A stretch of DNA of 64,000 bases, from NCBI RefSeq assembly GCF_963921235.1, contig NC_086108.1, positions 64,420,001 through 64,484,000 on the forward strand, read 5' to 3'. Positions 25,636 to 38,999 of the stretch are shown piece by piece. The translations under genes and the position numbers were made by a program. The notes under the pieces are model-generated. The model had not been told where the DNA came from, did not search any database, and worked only from the letters and a program-made list of their open reading frames with translations. This stretch comes from Mobula hypostoma (Eukaryota). Every line of letters starts with the position of its first letter. Positions within the stretch are counted from its first letter, which is position 1.

Positions 25636-26030
25636 CAAACACGAGGAAATCTGCAGATGCTGGAAATTCAAGCAACACACACAAAAAATGCTGGTGAACG
25701 CAGCAGGCCAGGTAGCATCTATAGGATGAGGTACAGTTGATGTTTTGGCCCGAGACCCTTCATCAGGACTAACTGAAAGAAGAGATAGTAAGAGATTTGA
25801 AAGAGGGAGGGGGAGTGGGAGGGATGGAGCTAAGAGCTTAGCTCCATCCCTCCCCCTCCTGTCTTCTCCTATCATTTCGAATCTCCCAAACCCCTCCCAC
25901 TTTCAAATTTCTTACTATCTCTTCTTTCAGTTAGTCCTGACGAAGGGTCTCTGCCCGAAACGTCGACTGTACCTTCTCCTATAGATGTTGCCTGGCCTCC
26001 TGCGTTCACCAACATTTTTTGTGTGTGTAG
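25636..26030. mobile_element. Palindromic Penelope-like insertion (two inverted pseudo-LTR fragments)
   Basis: 25676-25803 is the inverted copy of 25900-26028. It is flanked by the 11-bp direct repeat atttaaaaggg. Confidence 0.85.
25933..25968 (+). ncRNA. Minimal type I hammerhead ribozyme (Penelope-type)
   Basis: Stem I agtc/gact, CTGACGA box, stem II ggg/ccc, GAAA box, palindromic stem III ACGT and a GTC cleavage triplet. Confidence 0.8.
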
Positions 26031-26705
26031 ATTTAAAAGGGTCTAGTTTGGCCACTTAAGACCTATCGTTGTCTCGGAATTTCAAGTAAATATCATAATA
26101 TTCCTGTCAAAATATCTGATTTGTCTAGATCTGATTTCTAATTTGCTGTGTGGTGAAAAGTGTCCATGCATTCAGTCTGTTCCAGCCCTTATCAGCAATG
26201 CAGCAGCAAGAAGTGTAAGACAAACAGTAATCTGAAGAGTAGGAAAAGGTGAAGTCAGGACCACCAGACAGCAAAACTACTTGAGGTCATAGGACAGGAA
26301 ATAACTCAAGCAAAAAAGTTTCACGTGAGGCAGCCCCATCATTACATCAATGACCCATTGCTTAGTGCCTTTGAAACTTTCTAAGTCGCTTCAGTGGATG
26401 TCATCTTTACCTTCATGTCTTGATTGTATCATTTTAAGCAGAAGAAAGAGAGGAGATTGCAGGGATATAAGAGGGGAGAGAAGTGGGAGAAGGAATGTAG
26501 GATGGAGGGAGGGGTGTAAATAGGTTATTGACCTATAAAGCTGTGATTTATAGATAAGGCCAGCATTATTGTTTAAAAAGCATCAGTGAATTCATGAATG
26601 TTGCTGTCAGGCAATCAAAGCAATAGCAAAGAGTTTTTTCTAGTATCATTCCTTCAATCAAACTGGTATTTGATTACCACCAACATTCCCTTTAATTTTT
26701 TTTTA

Positions 26706-27175
26706 CATAAGACCATAAGACATAGGAGCAGAATTAGGCCATTCAGCCAATCAAGTCTACTCTGCCATAACATCATGGCTGATTCCAGATCCCAATCAAC
26801 CACATACACCTGCCATCTCACCATATCTTTTGATGCCCTAACCAATCAGGAAACAATCAGCTTCCACCTTAAATATACTAACGGACTTGGTCTCAACTGC
26901 AGCCTGAGGCAGAGCATTCTACAGATTTACTACTCTCTGGTTAAAAGAATTCCTCCTTACCTCTGTTCTAAATGGTCACCCCTCAGTTTTGAGGCTGTGC
27001 CCTCCAGTTCTGGATACCCGCACCATAGGAAATATCTTCTCCACGTCCACCCTATCTAGTCCTTTCAACATTCAGTAGGTTTCAATGAGACCTCCCTGCA
27101 TTCTTCTAAATTCCAGTGAGTACAGGCAGGTCCAAAGCTGCCAAACACTCCTCATCTTAACCCTTTCATTCAGCC
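26706..27175 (-). mobile_element. CR1 3' fragment
   Basis: Tail 'cataagaccataagacataggagcagaattaggccattc' followed by the reverse complement of the ORF2 end. Confidence 0.9.
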
Positions 27176-28291
27176 AACCTTGTGGAGCAACATATATGTT
27201 TACATGGACCAACCATTGCTCTGAGCAGGAAATTTTTACACAGCCTGAAAACTACATGGCACTTTAAATGTTTCTTTTTGTAATATGCATATTATGAATC
27301 TTTAGAATAAAAACTGAAAAATCACATATTTTTGATTTGATTTATTAATCGATGGGTATAATGAAATACAGTACAATAAAGAAAATCTTTCATGCTGTTT
27401 CTAGCTGCTTCCAATACCCACAGCATGGCAACAAAGGCTATGTGTGTAGGAGCATTTCAGATTGCGTGGCCACACTCCCGAGCAGCTTAGAGGGAACAGT
27501 GATCACCACTGAAGAATTATCTGTGTCTGTGTCTTTTTGTTGACAGCTGTCATAACGTTTATATCCCATCTTTTCCTCTGCACGAATGCCAAAGAGTTTT
27601 GGCTGGGGCAAAGAAGATCATAACTTGGGACAACCCTCAGCAATTCTACCATGCATGAGTAGCATAGGTACACTAACAGAATTATCATTACAGAATTGTT
27701 ATGACACTGATGGAAGCTATTTGTCCAAATGAGTCTAGCTATGACCTAGTGTAGAAATCTTGTTCATCCCAGTACGGTGCTCTTTCCTGATAGTCTGCAA
27801 GCGAATCTTACGCTGGTGCCAAACTAATCCCCTTATAAAGCACTGATTGATTCTATTTCCACCAATCCAACAGGGACAGAATTCCAAGATATAGCTGTGT
27901 GTTGCACAAAGTAATTTTTCCTCACATCTTCCTTATACTTTTTGCCAGAATTTAAGATCATCTCCCGCAATTTACTAACGGAAGCAGCATTGTTCTGTCA
28001 TTTCAGTCTAAATCAATTCTAGCTGTTCTATTTTCAATGTTTGTTTCTCCAAGGAGAACAACACAAACCTCTCCAGCTTAACCCTGGAGCTGAAGCCATT
28101 CTAGTGCAGCTCAGGCGCCGTTGTAACCATAGGCGACCACAAAACTCCAATTGTGGCCGCCGATGCTATTTATTTTATGAAGGTTCAACAATACTTCCAT
28201 GCTAATGTATTGTATGCCTCTATTTATGAATCACAGGATGCAGTCTGGTTTACCAATTGCACTCTCAATATGTTCTGGCACTTTCACAAGA

Positions 28292-28520
28292 GTATTGCTG
28301 GGATGATGTAACATGTTAGGTGCTAAGGATGATGCAACTGTTGAGGGTGCTGGGGATGTTGAAATGTGTGCTGGGGAATGATAACGTGATGGTGCTGAGG
28401 AGGATGTTGTGGTGAATGATGATGCTGGGGGAGACATGTTGACGTGTGTGATGGTGCTGGAGAGTGATAGCATGATTTTGCTGGGGGGAGTAGAGGATTG
28501 CAGTATGTGATGCTACTGAG
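28292..28520. repeat. Degenerate (GAT/GGTGCTG)-rich tandem repeat that resumes at ~31075-31170 after a CR1
   Basis: Recurring gatg(g/a)tgctgggg-like units. Confidence 0.45.
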
Positions 28521-31068
28521 GAAACTGGATATTCTGATGCATATCAACATTGTGAAAGAGGATGTGCTAGAGGTCCTGAAATACATAGAGTCATACAGCA
28601 CAGAAACAGGCCCTTAGTCAGAGTCGAGCCATTTAAACTGCCTACATAACAGTAGTGCATTCCGGAATGTTATGGGACATAAGGAGGAAATTTATGGGAA
28701 TTTATAGACCAATAGAGATTTTATAACTTCGTTAACCACCATTGAAATGCCAGAAAACTGAAAGACAGTTCATGTTTTGCCTCTGTTGAAGAAATATAGC
28801 AGGGATAAGGCAGGGAACTACAGGCCATCACTGTGTTATGTAGGGGTTCTGTTTTTTACATACCTCTATCAGTTGTTTTATCTGTAAGTTAGAAAATATA
28901 CAAAATCACTTGATTTGGTTACCGTATCTTCATAGAATTGTAACAAAGAGTGTCAAATCACTCAAGACGGATAAGAAAGAATAATTACAGAATGTGGAGA
29001 GAGAGAATACTAGTTCTGCCAAGAGGAGGAACGAGCCTACATAATAGTTTTGAATTTAATAGTATAATGGGGAGCTCATTAGTATTTACAGGTTTCCATG
29101 GGTTGGGCATTTGTAACCAGGAGATGGCCTGTGCTGGCTGGTGAGCTTTACATCAGTGCTGGGAAAGTTCATGGAATAGATTCTGAGATATATGATTTAT
29201 TACAACAAGGCAAAGACAGGTTGGGATAGTCAGCATAGCTTTGTACCTGGGAGATTATTTTTGAAGAGGAGGCCAACAGGACTGATGAGGGCATAGACAT
29301 TAGCAAGGTTCTGCAGAGTTGGCTAGTCCAGAAGGTCAGGATACAGGTGGGTTGCCGGAGGGGGAATGGGTAGTGGAGGGGGAATGTTATCTTGGTATCC
29401 AAAGTGAGCTAGCCAATTAGATACAAAATCAGCTTGGCGATAGGAGGCAGAGGAGGGAGTAGTGGATGCTCTATTATCAGATTGGTGGCCTGTGAATGGT
29501 AGTGTACTGCAGGGATTGATGTTGTATCCTCTGTTTGTGATATATATTAATGATTTGAATGAGAACAACAGGAATTCTGCAGATGCTGAATGAGAATATA
29601 GTTAATTTGGAGATTACACCAAAAATAGTGGTATAGTGGACAATGATGAAGGTTATCAAAGGTTACAATAAGATATTAATCAATTGGGGAAGAGGACAAA
29701 GGAATAGCAGATGGAATTTAACACAGACAAATGTGAAGTGGTACATTTTGAGGAGTTAAACTAGGGCAGGCATACATAGTGAATGGCAGGGCTCTAGTAA
29801 TGTTGAAAGGAAAAAGACATTGAGGTGCAAGTACATATTTCCCTGAAAGTGGAAGCACAGGTAGACAAGATGGTGATGAAGGTATATTGTTTACTTACCT
29901 TCAATGGCCAAAGAGCTGAGAACAAGAGTTGTGGTGTCATGTTACAGTTATATGGTTGGTTAAGCTGCACCTCAAAGTTTCAAGTAAATTTATTATCAAA
30001 GTACATGTATGTCACCATATAAAGCCCTGAGATTCATTTTCTTGCAGGCATACACAGTAAATCCAAGAAACACAATAGGATCAGTGAACAACCATACCCA
30101 ACCATACCCGGATGGACAGACAATCAATGTGCAAAAGACAAGAAACTGTGCAAACGCAAAAGAGAAAATAATAATAATAATAAATAAATGAGCAATAAAT
30201 ATTGAGAACATGAGCTGAAGACTCCTCCAAATTAAGACTAGAGGTTTTGGGAACAGTCCTGTGATGAGACAAATGAAATTGGGTGAAGTTCCCCCCTCTG
30301 GTTCCAGAGCCTAATGGTTGACGGGTAATAACTGCTCCTGAACCTGGTGGTGTGTGTCCTGAAGGTCCTGTGCCCTCTTCCTGATGGCAGCTGTGAGAGC
30401 AGAGCATGGTCTGGGTGGTGGAGGTCCTTGATGATGGACGCTGCTTTCCTGCAACAGCGCTCCACGTAGATCTGCTCCATGGTGCAGGGGGTACAATTCA
30501 TGAAGGACAGGGCCACATCCACCACATTTGTAGGATTTTCCGTTCAAGGAAATTTGGAGTATTCTGCACCACACTAGTGGAAAGATGTGATTAAGCTAGA
30601 GAGAGTCCAGAAAAGATCATAAGGATATTGCCTGGATTGGACAACTTAAGTTATAAGGAATGGTCAACTGAATTGTTTTCCCGAGAGCAAAGGAGGCTGA
30701 GAGGTGACTTAACAGAGACATATAAAATAATGGGAGATATAGTTAACATAGATAGCCAGGGTCTATTCTCCATGGCTGAGCTGCCTAAAACTAGAGGGTA
30801 TAGATTTAAGGTGAGAGAAGGAGGCTTAAAGGGATTCTGGGGGGTAAACTTTTCCCAAAAAGGGTAGTTGGTCTGTGTAACGAAATACTGGAGGCGGTGG
30901 TGGAGGTAGGAGCAGCAGTAACATTTAAGACCTATCTGGACCAGGTATACAAGACGTAGAGGGGTTTGGAATTAACGCTGGAAAGTGAAATTAGTATAGG
31001 TTGGCATGATGGTGGGCAGAGACGCAGTGAGCCAAAAAGTCCTGTTTCTCTGCTGTATGGCTCTCTGG
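28520..31068 (+). mobile_element. Degenerate CR1 ORF2 with nested insertions
   Basis: Remnants of LLKKYSRDKAGNYRP, YINDLNE and EQRRLRGDLTETYKIM..KTRGYRFKV. Inserts at ~28828-29140 and 29975-30545. Confidence 0.8.
29975..30545 (-). mobile_element. Rex1/Babar-type LINE 3' fragment
   Basis: RCCRKAASIIKDLHHPDHALLSQLPSGRGHRTFRTHTTRFRSSYYPSTIRLWN. Confidence 0.85.
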
Positions 31069-34000
31069 TTATTCGTGATGGTGGTAGGGATGATTTAACA
31101 TGAGGGGTGATGTACAGATGATGCTGCTGGGTTACGATGGAGTATGTGTGATGTTGTGCCTCAGAAAGATGATCCAGCACTGAGGACTATTATACCAGAT
31201 TGAATGGATATTGAGAAACTCCTAGACCAAGGAAAAAAACAAGATTTAAATCGACCTTGGGAGACTAAATAATTCAGGAGACATAAATCACAATATAGTT
31301 TGAAGCAGGCATACGCACTGAATCTGTGTCTTGTTAATGCTCAATAAAGGCACATTTGTTGGAAGACAGATTAATTTAGGTGTCCAGCCTTTAAATTCCT
31401 GGAGTGGCTTGCTTGGGTCATCTCCATAGAGAATCACAAGCCTAGATTGTCCTTTCCCGGGCTGGCCACACCACAGTAACTGCACCAGAAATAGATGGCA
31501 AGAAATCATGGGAAGTTGCTAAAGAGGAGAGAGATGATGTACACAGCTTGTGCTGGTGGTTTGTGCGGTCAGAGGGTGTTGAAGCTATAACATAACCAAG
31601 TTGAGCAGGTGTTGAGTGGAATGTGGGAATTTGGAATGCATGGAATGATTGGGGATCCTACGTAGTTTTATTCTGCTTGTGTTTGTGCAAATCGTCATTC
31701 CGCCGTGAGAGAACTCATTAACTCGATTCAGTCTGCAAATCACCAGACCACTCTCATCTAAACAATTGGAGACAATTCCATTGTTACCAATAACACTAAT
31801 AGATAGTGTTTTCTTCCAGAAGTGAAATAAAAATTTTAAACTGCAGCTCTTTGCAGTACATCCTTTCCTTTCCTAATTGTTATTTTTGGATCGTCTATGT
31901 TTAGATGCTAAGTTCTTTTGAACAAGATAAACAAGAAACTGCAGAGACCTAATCTATGAGAAGGCACTGATTGTTGAAATTTTGTTAACATTTCATCCCG
32001 TCATGGGCACAAATACATAATTTTGTTGTTGGTTCCAAGCAATATTATTTCTTTATTGGTACAAAACCATCAATTCTGTGAAACATTAATTTTTCCCTCA
32101 AAGAAAATTTATCCAGCTTTAGAATGTTGAGAGATTTAGTCAACCATTGATGATATAGTACCTTTAAAATGGATATCTCAATGGCTGGGCAGTAAATTCA
32201 CTTTGGTGCACAGTGTAGAATAGAAAGTCTGGAACATCAGTGTAGAGCTGAATGTTTGCATCCAGAGCAGCAGTCACAATGTCACATAAGATCTCAGCAT
32301 CCCTCCTGCCATCCCAGGGAGGGAGAAATGCATCTAAGTTTGTGTTCTGTTCACAGTCTAGTGACCCTCTGCTAGGAAGTGAACGCTTTTAAGCATTGGC
32401 TAAGCACAGGATTGGGCTCAGCTGTGATATCTGCCGCTGAATAGATTGCCAGCATTGACTGTTTAGGCTCACAAATGAAGAATGGTCACCTGGGCAAAAT
32501 AATGGAGAGATGCCAGTGCTTTTTGGAATTGTACCCAATAATGAAGCACTGCCTTCAGGGTAGAAGTGAAATTCGGATTATAAAAAAAAAATCAAATGAA
32601 TGAAAAATTGTAAAATTAAAAATCCATGCTTTTTAATATGGCTCAAGAATATGTATATCATTCTTTCTAAAGAAAATCCTCCCTACCCAGACTCATCGAG
32701 GAATACTAACACAGCTGCTTAAAATAAATAGCTGAAACTACTTCTATTCCAATTAAAATAAAAATAGTAAAATTGTGACGGTGTAAGGAGAACTAAATAA
32801 TAAAATAGAGGGTCAGAGATGTTACATATCTATAGTAAGATTTGATTTGGATTTTGTATTATGTTATAAATAAATCTCCTTTAAACAGACGGTTTACTCA
32901 GCATCAAGAGAACTGAAAATCTTTTTTTTAATTTACAGTAAGTTTGATATTTAGACTTTTATTTCTATAAGACCCATAGAAAAAAAAGTTGGGGATTTAA
33001 CAGGATTTTTTTCCTCTGTTCTGTTGAATGTAATTAGATCCTGCAGGACATTCCAAGCCCCTAGAGAACTTTTAGTAAGGAACGTTAATCCTCTAACTCA
33101 ACCATTTCTACTTGCCAAAGGAAAAGGGATAATGGAGTCATTTGGTTAAACTTTCTGCATACAGAGTTCTGCTTTCAGATGGCAATGAGACAAAAAATAA
33201 ATACAGGAACAGCAGTTGTAGTGTGAAATCTGTTTATGTGGAACAGATGGAAGAGAATAAGGAAATGCAGAAATGTGAGAAACGCTTGGAGCGATCTCCA
33301 CATGAGGGCTACAGTGAGATACAGAGTCAGAACAAATCCTGGAAAATAAATCTGAGAGCTGACAGTGGCAGGGCAGTAAATCAAAACAGGAATAAAAACT
33401 GAAGAGCATTTTTCTCAGTAGGAGAGGAAGACTGCAGTTTTCAGTTATTTCAGAGTAAAGTACAACTGAAGGGCAGCAAAAACAAGACACCTATCATTCA
33501 CCTCAAACATCCACAAGTCTTACTATGTGTCAAATACATATAGAGACTCATAAATAAATCCATGTAAGAAAAACATACAGGACATACACAACATACAAGG
33601 GTATATCCACAATCTGCAACAGAATCAAACTCATACCAGTTACACATTCTTCACATTTAACGCAAATAAAAATGCACTGCACACAGTGATATACATTTTA
33701 ATGCATGCACCATTTTCACTTGCTCATACACACAATACTCAGACTTGTATTGACAAATCACATATGGGCACACCTTTTAAGTGTAAACCCATTACATTGT
33801 AGCAAGATAAACATACTCATATTTTATGTATGTCTTACAAAAGTAAATGTCACATGTCCACACTAGTTCTGCAAAGTTGTTGTGAGGATAAGTTGGGGAA
33901 AAAAAAGTCCAATATTTGTGAGTATTGTCAGTGTATCAAAGAAAAATGGCTTCTTTCTCTTGTAATAATGTTCTCACTCTCCCATTCTCTGGTACGATCT

Positions 34001-34789
34001 CACTGTGCTTGGAAATGCATGTATCATTGGTATTCTGGAATTGCCTGCTCAGAGAACCACAGGAGTGGTACTGGATGGCTCTTCCTTTGATTTTCCCTGG
34101 GAAAATGTGTTTTCTTTTTATTAAGTAGCTTCCCACAGGAATATGGCTGACATCAGGAGCTGAAGGTATGATCATATTCAATTTCCGCTTGCAACATGGC
34201 ACGGTGAATTACAGAAAACCGTTTCTGCCATCGGTACTAAGTTCTATTCCAATCATTCTAATCTGGAAAGTGTATGGTGTTATACAGTATATTAATAGTA
34301 ATGTTTCTTATTCATCATGTTAACTATCTGGTATGAAAATTTGTGCAAGATCACACCATGCAGGATCCAGAGGTGAAGAACACTAATCCATCGATATGCT
34401 GACAGATGGACCTTATTATAATCAATTGCTGGTCAGGTGTGTATGGAAACTTAAGGCCCATTTTGATCAAATTTGGGGAAACAGGAGTCAGTGAGCAGCA
34501 ATGCTACCATGACCACGTCTGGGTTGTTAAGAGCTGATGAAGTGTTAAAGAGAATAGTTAAAACACAGCACTAGGCATTGAAACAATCAGAATTGATTGG
34601 GAAGAATCAAAGCAGAGGAATCAATAGTTGCATATTATGTGATTAGTTTTCATTCCTGAGATGGGTTAGATGATTGTACAATGGCAGGATTGGGTCACCC
34701 TCCTGAAGTCAGCAAAAATCTTCCAAATTGTTCAGCTGAACCTATTGTATATCATTATAGAATCTCTTGGGATTCTCCTTAAAAATACA

Positions 34790-35940
34790 AAAGAAAATAA
34801 AAAGAAGAAGAAATTGGAAACAAATATAGGTATATTAAATGCAGAAGAATACCTAAGGAGAGAGTAGGTCCTCTCAGAGATCAGCAGGGCCAGGAGCTGC
34901 AGGAGGCAGATCGGGTTTGAAATGAATATTTCTACTTGAAAACCATGGAAAGTTAGGTGGATTCGAAATTGGCTTAGAGGTAGGAAGCAGGGGGTGGTGG
35001 ATGAAGGCTGTTTCTTGGAATGAAGGCCAATGACTAGTCGTATGTGACTGAACCTGGTGCTGGAACCCTTGTTATTCGTTATTTTATATAAATGGTTTGG
35101 ATGGGAATGCAAAAGGCATGATCAGTGAGTTTGTGAGTGCCTCACAAATAGGAGGTGTTGTCAATAGTTCATGGTAGATTATAAAGGGATCTTGATCAGT
35201 TTGGGAAGTGGACTGAGAAGTGGCAAACGAAGTTCAACACAGGTAAGTGTGAGGTGCTATATTTTTGGAAAGTTATAGCTTGTTGAAAGCAGTGTCGTTG
35301 GTAGACAGGGCGGTGAGAAAGGTGTTTAGCATGCTGCCCTCCATCAGTTGGGGCATTGAATATTGGATTTGGGACATTACCGTATGTTGCAGTTGTTTAA
35401 GTCTTCGGCGAGGCCCCACTTAGAGTGCTGCGTACAGTTTTAGTCACTCTGTTATAGAAAATATGTAGATAAACTGAAGAGTGCAGTAAAGATTTTTAGC
35501 AATGTTGTCAGGCTTAGAAGGCCTGAGTTACAGGAAAAGGTTGGCCAGACCAGCTCTTTATTCCTTGGAACACAGGAGAATGTTTAAAATTATGAGATAC
35601 AGATGGATGACAATAGTCTTTTCCGCAGGGTAGGTGGGTCAAAAGCCGGGAGGCATAGAATTAAGGTGAGAGGGAAAGATGTAAATGGGACCTGAGGGTA
35701 ACATTTTCACATGAAGGGTGGTGAGTATATGGAATGAGCTACCAGAGGCAGCATTTAAAGTTGCTACAGTGGTATCATTTAAGAGGCACTCAAACAGGTA
35801 CATGGGGGGTGGGGCTTAGAGGGATACGGGCTGAATGCAGTAAATTAGGACTGGCTGAGGGGGCACTGCGGACAACATGGACTCATTGGGCTGAATGGCC
35901 TGCATCCACACTGTATTGCTCTACAACTCTATGACTCTAT
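34790..35940 (+). mobile_element. Degenerate CR1 fragment
   Basis: 'gaggccccacttagagtgctgcgtacagtttt' (RPHLEC) and a tail 'ctctatgactctat'. Confidence 0.8.
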
Positions 35941-37151
35941 AATTCTTGGCTAGGATCCATCTCGATGTTCATTTTTCTGGTCTTCTTACAGTGAGGGGAC
36001 CACAGGGAAATGAGATAGGCATTGGCTGTCAACCTGCAGCACTCAGAAAGTACCCCAAACACATGGAAAGCAAAAAGAAAACCACCTTAAATTGTCATAG
36101 AGAGACACAGAACAGAAACAGGTCCCTGAGTCCACAAGAACCATTGAGCACACAGCTTTGCACCGGTCATTTTCTTCTCCTCTCATTCCCATCAACCCTT
36201 CCCTGATTCTGCTTCTCACCTACACACAAAGGCATGATTTACAGTGGCCAATTATTCTACCAGCCCCCACAGTTTTGGGATGTGGGAGCACCCAGAGGAC
36301 ACTCATGGGTGACAAGGAATTTGCAAGCTTCTGCAAACATCACTGCAGGTCGGAATTGAACCCACATCATTCGAGTTATAAGACAATGGCTCTACTAGTT
36401 ACACCACTCTGCCTCCCCATGTTGGTTTCTAGTAATTGCTTTTTATAAATGTTTTTGATTAATAATTTATTTTCCTTAACTTTCTGTTTGTCTCAGCTGA
36501 ACATAAAGCATACTCTTGGTTATAATTGAAGTTATACTGTCATATGCGAAAGAGCATTTTTATTTTTACGGAGATATGAAAGTATTTAAAATACATGTTT
36601 TATTTTATTTCAGCAGTACAGAATATACAGAGCTAAGTTCCACCAAAGGCTGATATTCTGTCCTACTTATGCTTCACACTAGCTACCAGTGAGTTTCCCC
36701 TCCATTATCTCTTGGCTGCAAAGCTCCTTTGCATCGGGGTTTTCATCAAGGAATGCCGAGATCAGCAACTTTTGTATGGATGGTGAAACCAAAGCTTTCA
36801 TGTTGAAATAGCCCTGCATTTCCAGCATGTGCTAGCTTTGTAAAGGTCCTGTTTACAAGGTGTTACACCTGGAACTAAAACTCCGATTTCTCCATTTAAG
36901 TTACTATATAAAAAGAGATGTTGTTTCAGGAGCCTACAAAAAGGCTTGTGAATGACCACAAGGATCCTACGTTCATCTAGGATTTGACTATGAACCCCAG
37001 ACAGATTTAGCATCCAAAATACTATATGCAATTACCAATTTATGTATTGTAATGTATGCCACTTCCATTTTAGATAAGAATGCAATGGCTATCTATTATG
37101 TGATCCAATAAAATTTTACACTTTTGCAAAGAGTGCGGCCTCCAGTGATTA

Positions 37152-37510
37152 CAAAGTTCGAAGTAATTTTTTTATCAATATATCTATATGTCACCATATA
37201 CTACTCTGAGATTCATTTTCTTCTGAGCATTCACAGTAGCTACAAAGAAACACAATAGATTCAGTGGAAAAACTACACACAAAGATGGGCAAATAACCAA
37301 TGTGCAAAAGAAGACAAACTGTGCCAATACAATAAATTAATAACATTGAGAATGCGAGTTGTAGAGGCCTTGAAAATGAGTCCATAGGTTGTGGAATCAG
37401 GTTGGTGTTGAGGTGAGTGAAGTCATCAATACTGGTTCAGGAGCCTGATGCTTGTAGGGTTACAACCTGGTGGTGTGGGACCTAAGACTCTCATACCTGC
37501 ATGGCCTGGA
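37152..37510 (-). mobile_element. Rex1-type LINE 3' UTR fragment
   Basis: Same 3' UTR as the copies at 14855 and 29975 ('tgtcaccatata..ctgagattcattttctt'). Confidence 0.75.
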
Positions 37511-37630
37511 TGCCTGGAAATGAGATAATAGCATTAAAGCAAAGATGATGAGATGAAAGACAGACAAGGGCACTAGTAGGACAAGTCAAGCTCTGTTTTT
37601 TTTTCCCAAACAGTCAATTAACTTATTTAC

Positions 37631-37716
37631 CTTCTCACTGGTATAGTTCCGAGAACTCGGAACCTTCTCCCTATCTTCTATTTCAGGGAATGCAGCAGGA
37701 CTGATGATCCGAAGAA
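37631..37716 (-). other. Candidate 86-nt exon of an unknown gene
   Basis: Strong polypyrimidine acceptor (ttttttctcccccccattttgtctgtctgcag) and donor AAG/gtaaat. One open frame: LRIISPAAFPEIEDREKVPSSRNYTSEK. Confidence 0.3.
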
Positions 37717-38999
37717 CTGCAGACAGACAAAATGGGGGGGAGAAAAAAGAAGTACTTCCTGTTCTGGCTTTCCCAGTCTGGGCACAGCTTGAAGTCAGCT
37801 CTACTCCTGATATGAATCCCACCTTACATAGTAACAAGTTTAATTCGCCAGCTGCACAAATCACATTGATCTTTCTCTTCACAGTCTGTTCAGTTGCCGA
37901 GGGAAGATCATTTGAAGGCAGGCTTAAGAAAACCAGACCTGGACACTTTCAAGCATAAAATTATCACAAAAAAATGTATTTCTATTTTGTGAGTGTCATG
38001 TTGCCGACCGACATAAACTTTCTGGGAAAGACAGTGACACATTTATCAGAATACATTGTTGATATTTTGAGCCCCTCTGGTGGCTGAAAATTTCTTACAG
38101 GATCATTATGCTGTTTTTTTCTCTCCTCACATGTGTAAAAAGTTAACAGAGCTTTATATAGCAAAGGGGCCTTCCAAACAGTGCACAACTAGATGCAAAT
38201 TGTAACAGAGTTTCTTTTTATCAATTCCAGCATCTTCTTCATTTGAAAAATATTAAATAAAAGAGTCAAAGGTAATATTTCTCAGCTGAACAATATCACT
38301 ATACTTGCAAAGAAGCAATAAGTCAAATAAAAAAGAGAAGTGAGTTAAAAAATGCATTCATTTTCCTTGCAATTTTTATGACCTTCAGTTAATTCTGAGT
38401 TCCCTGATGAGGGAAACAGGGTGGAGTTGCTGGGAGTGGGCAAGAGGCACTCCCAGGACTCTGCCAGCACTGTGTTTGAAATGATGTTGAGAGCTGTTTT
38501 GTCAGCAGTGTGGATTGACTATTGTTCTGATTATTTCCCACTTATGGAGAGACATTTGTCCTGCACATCCTACTTACCTCACTACTGTGCATCACATTTC
38601 AAAAATATCTCATTGATTATCAATCACTTTGGGTTGCTCTGAGTAAATGACATTCTCATTATAAGTGCCTAGATTTTGCCCGAACCTTCAAACTTTTATG
38701 AGTGCAAAGGCATATACATTACAGACATACTGTATACATTACAGACATTCTTTTCATCCGCTAATAGAGCTTGAAGAAAATAAACAACAGTGGGAAAATC
38801 TAATTAGTTTATGCATAAACAGGATCCTACCTATCTGCCTTACCTAAAGGTGGCAAGATTTGCTTTTCCTGGTTTGCCTTTTCTATTGCTATAAATATTT
38901 TACGTTTAGAGGAAATCAGAGAGTTCCTGATCATAATATTCCAAACATCTATCAAATCAGTGATAGCGGATGGACACTGGAAAACTCTTGTGCAGATAA

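Noticed and set aside
28231..28601. Mucin-like and His/Pro/Gln-rich ORFs
   Set aside because: They are translations of a degenerate tandem repeat plus CR1 sequence.
28828..29150. Solo LTR (TGTAGG...TTTACA) within the CR1
   Set aside because: The apparent CA end belongs to the resumed CR1 sequence (gtgagctttacatcagtg). The insert is real but unclassified.
4666..32220. CACAGTG heptamers as V(D)J recombination signals of an Ig/TCR cluster
   Set aside because: None of those I checked has a nonamer at 12 or 23 bp spacing, and I see no V, J or C segments.
33142..33402. 86-aa ORF after a tttcag acceptor-like site
   Set aside because: It is purine-rich with no recognisable domain and no partner exons.
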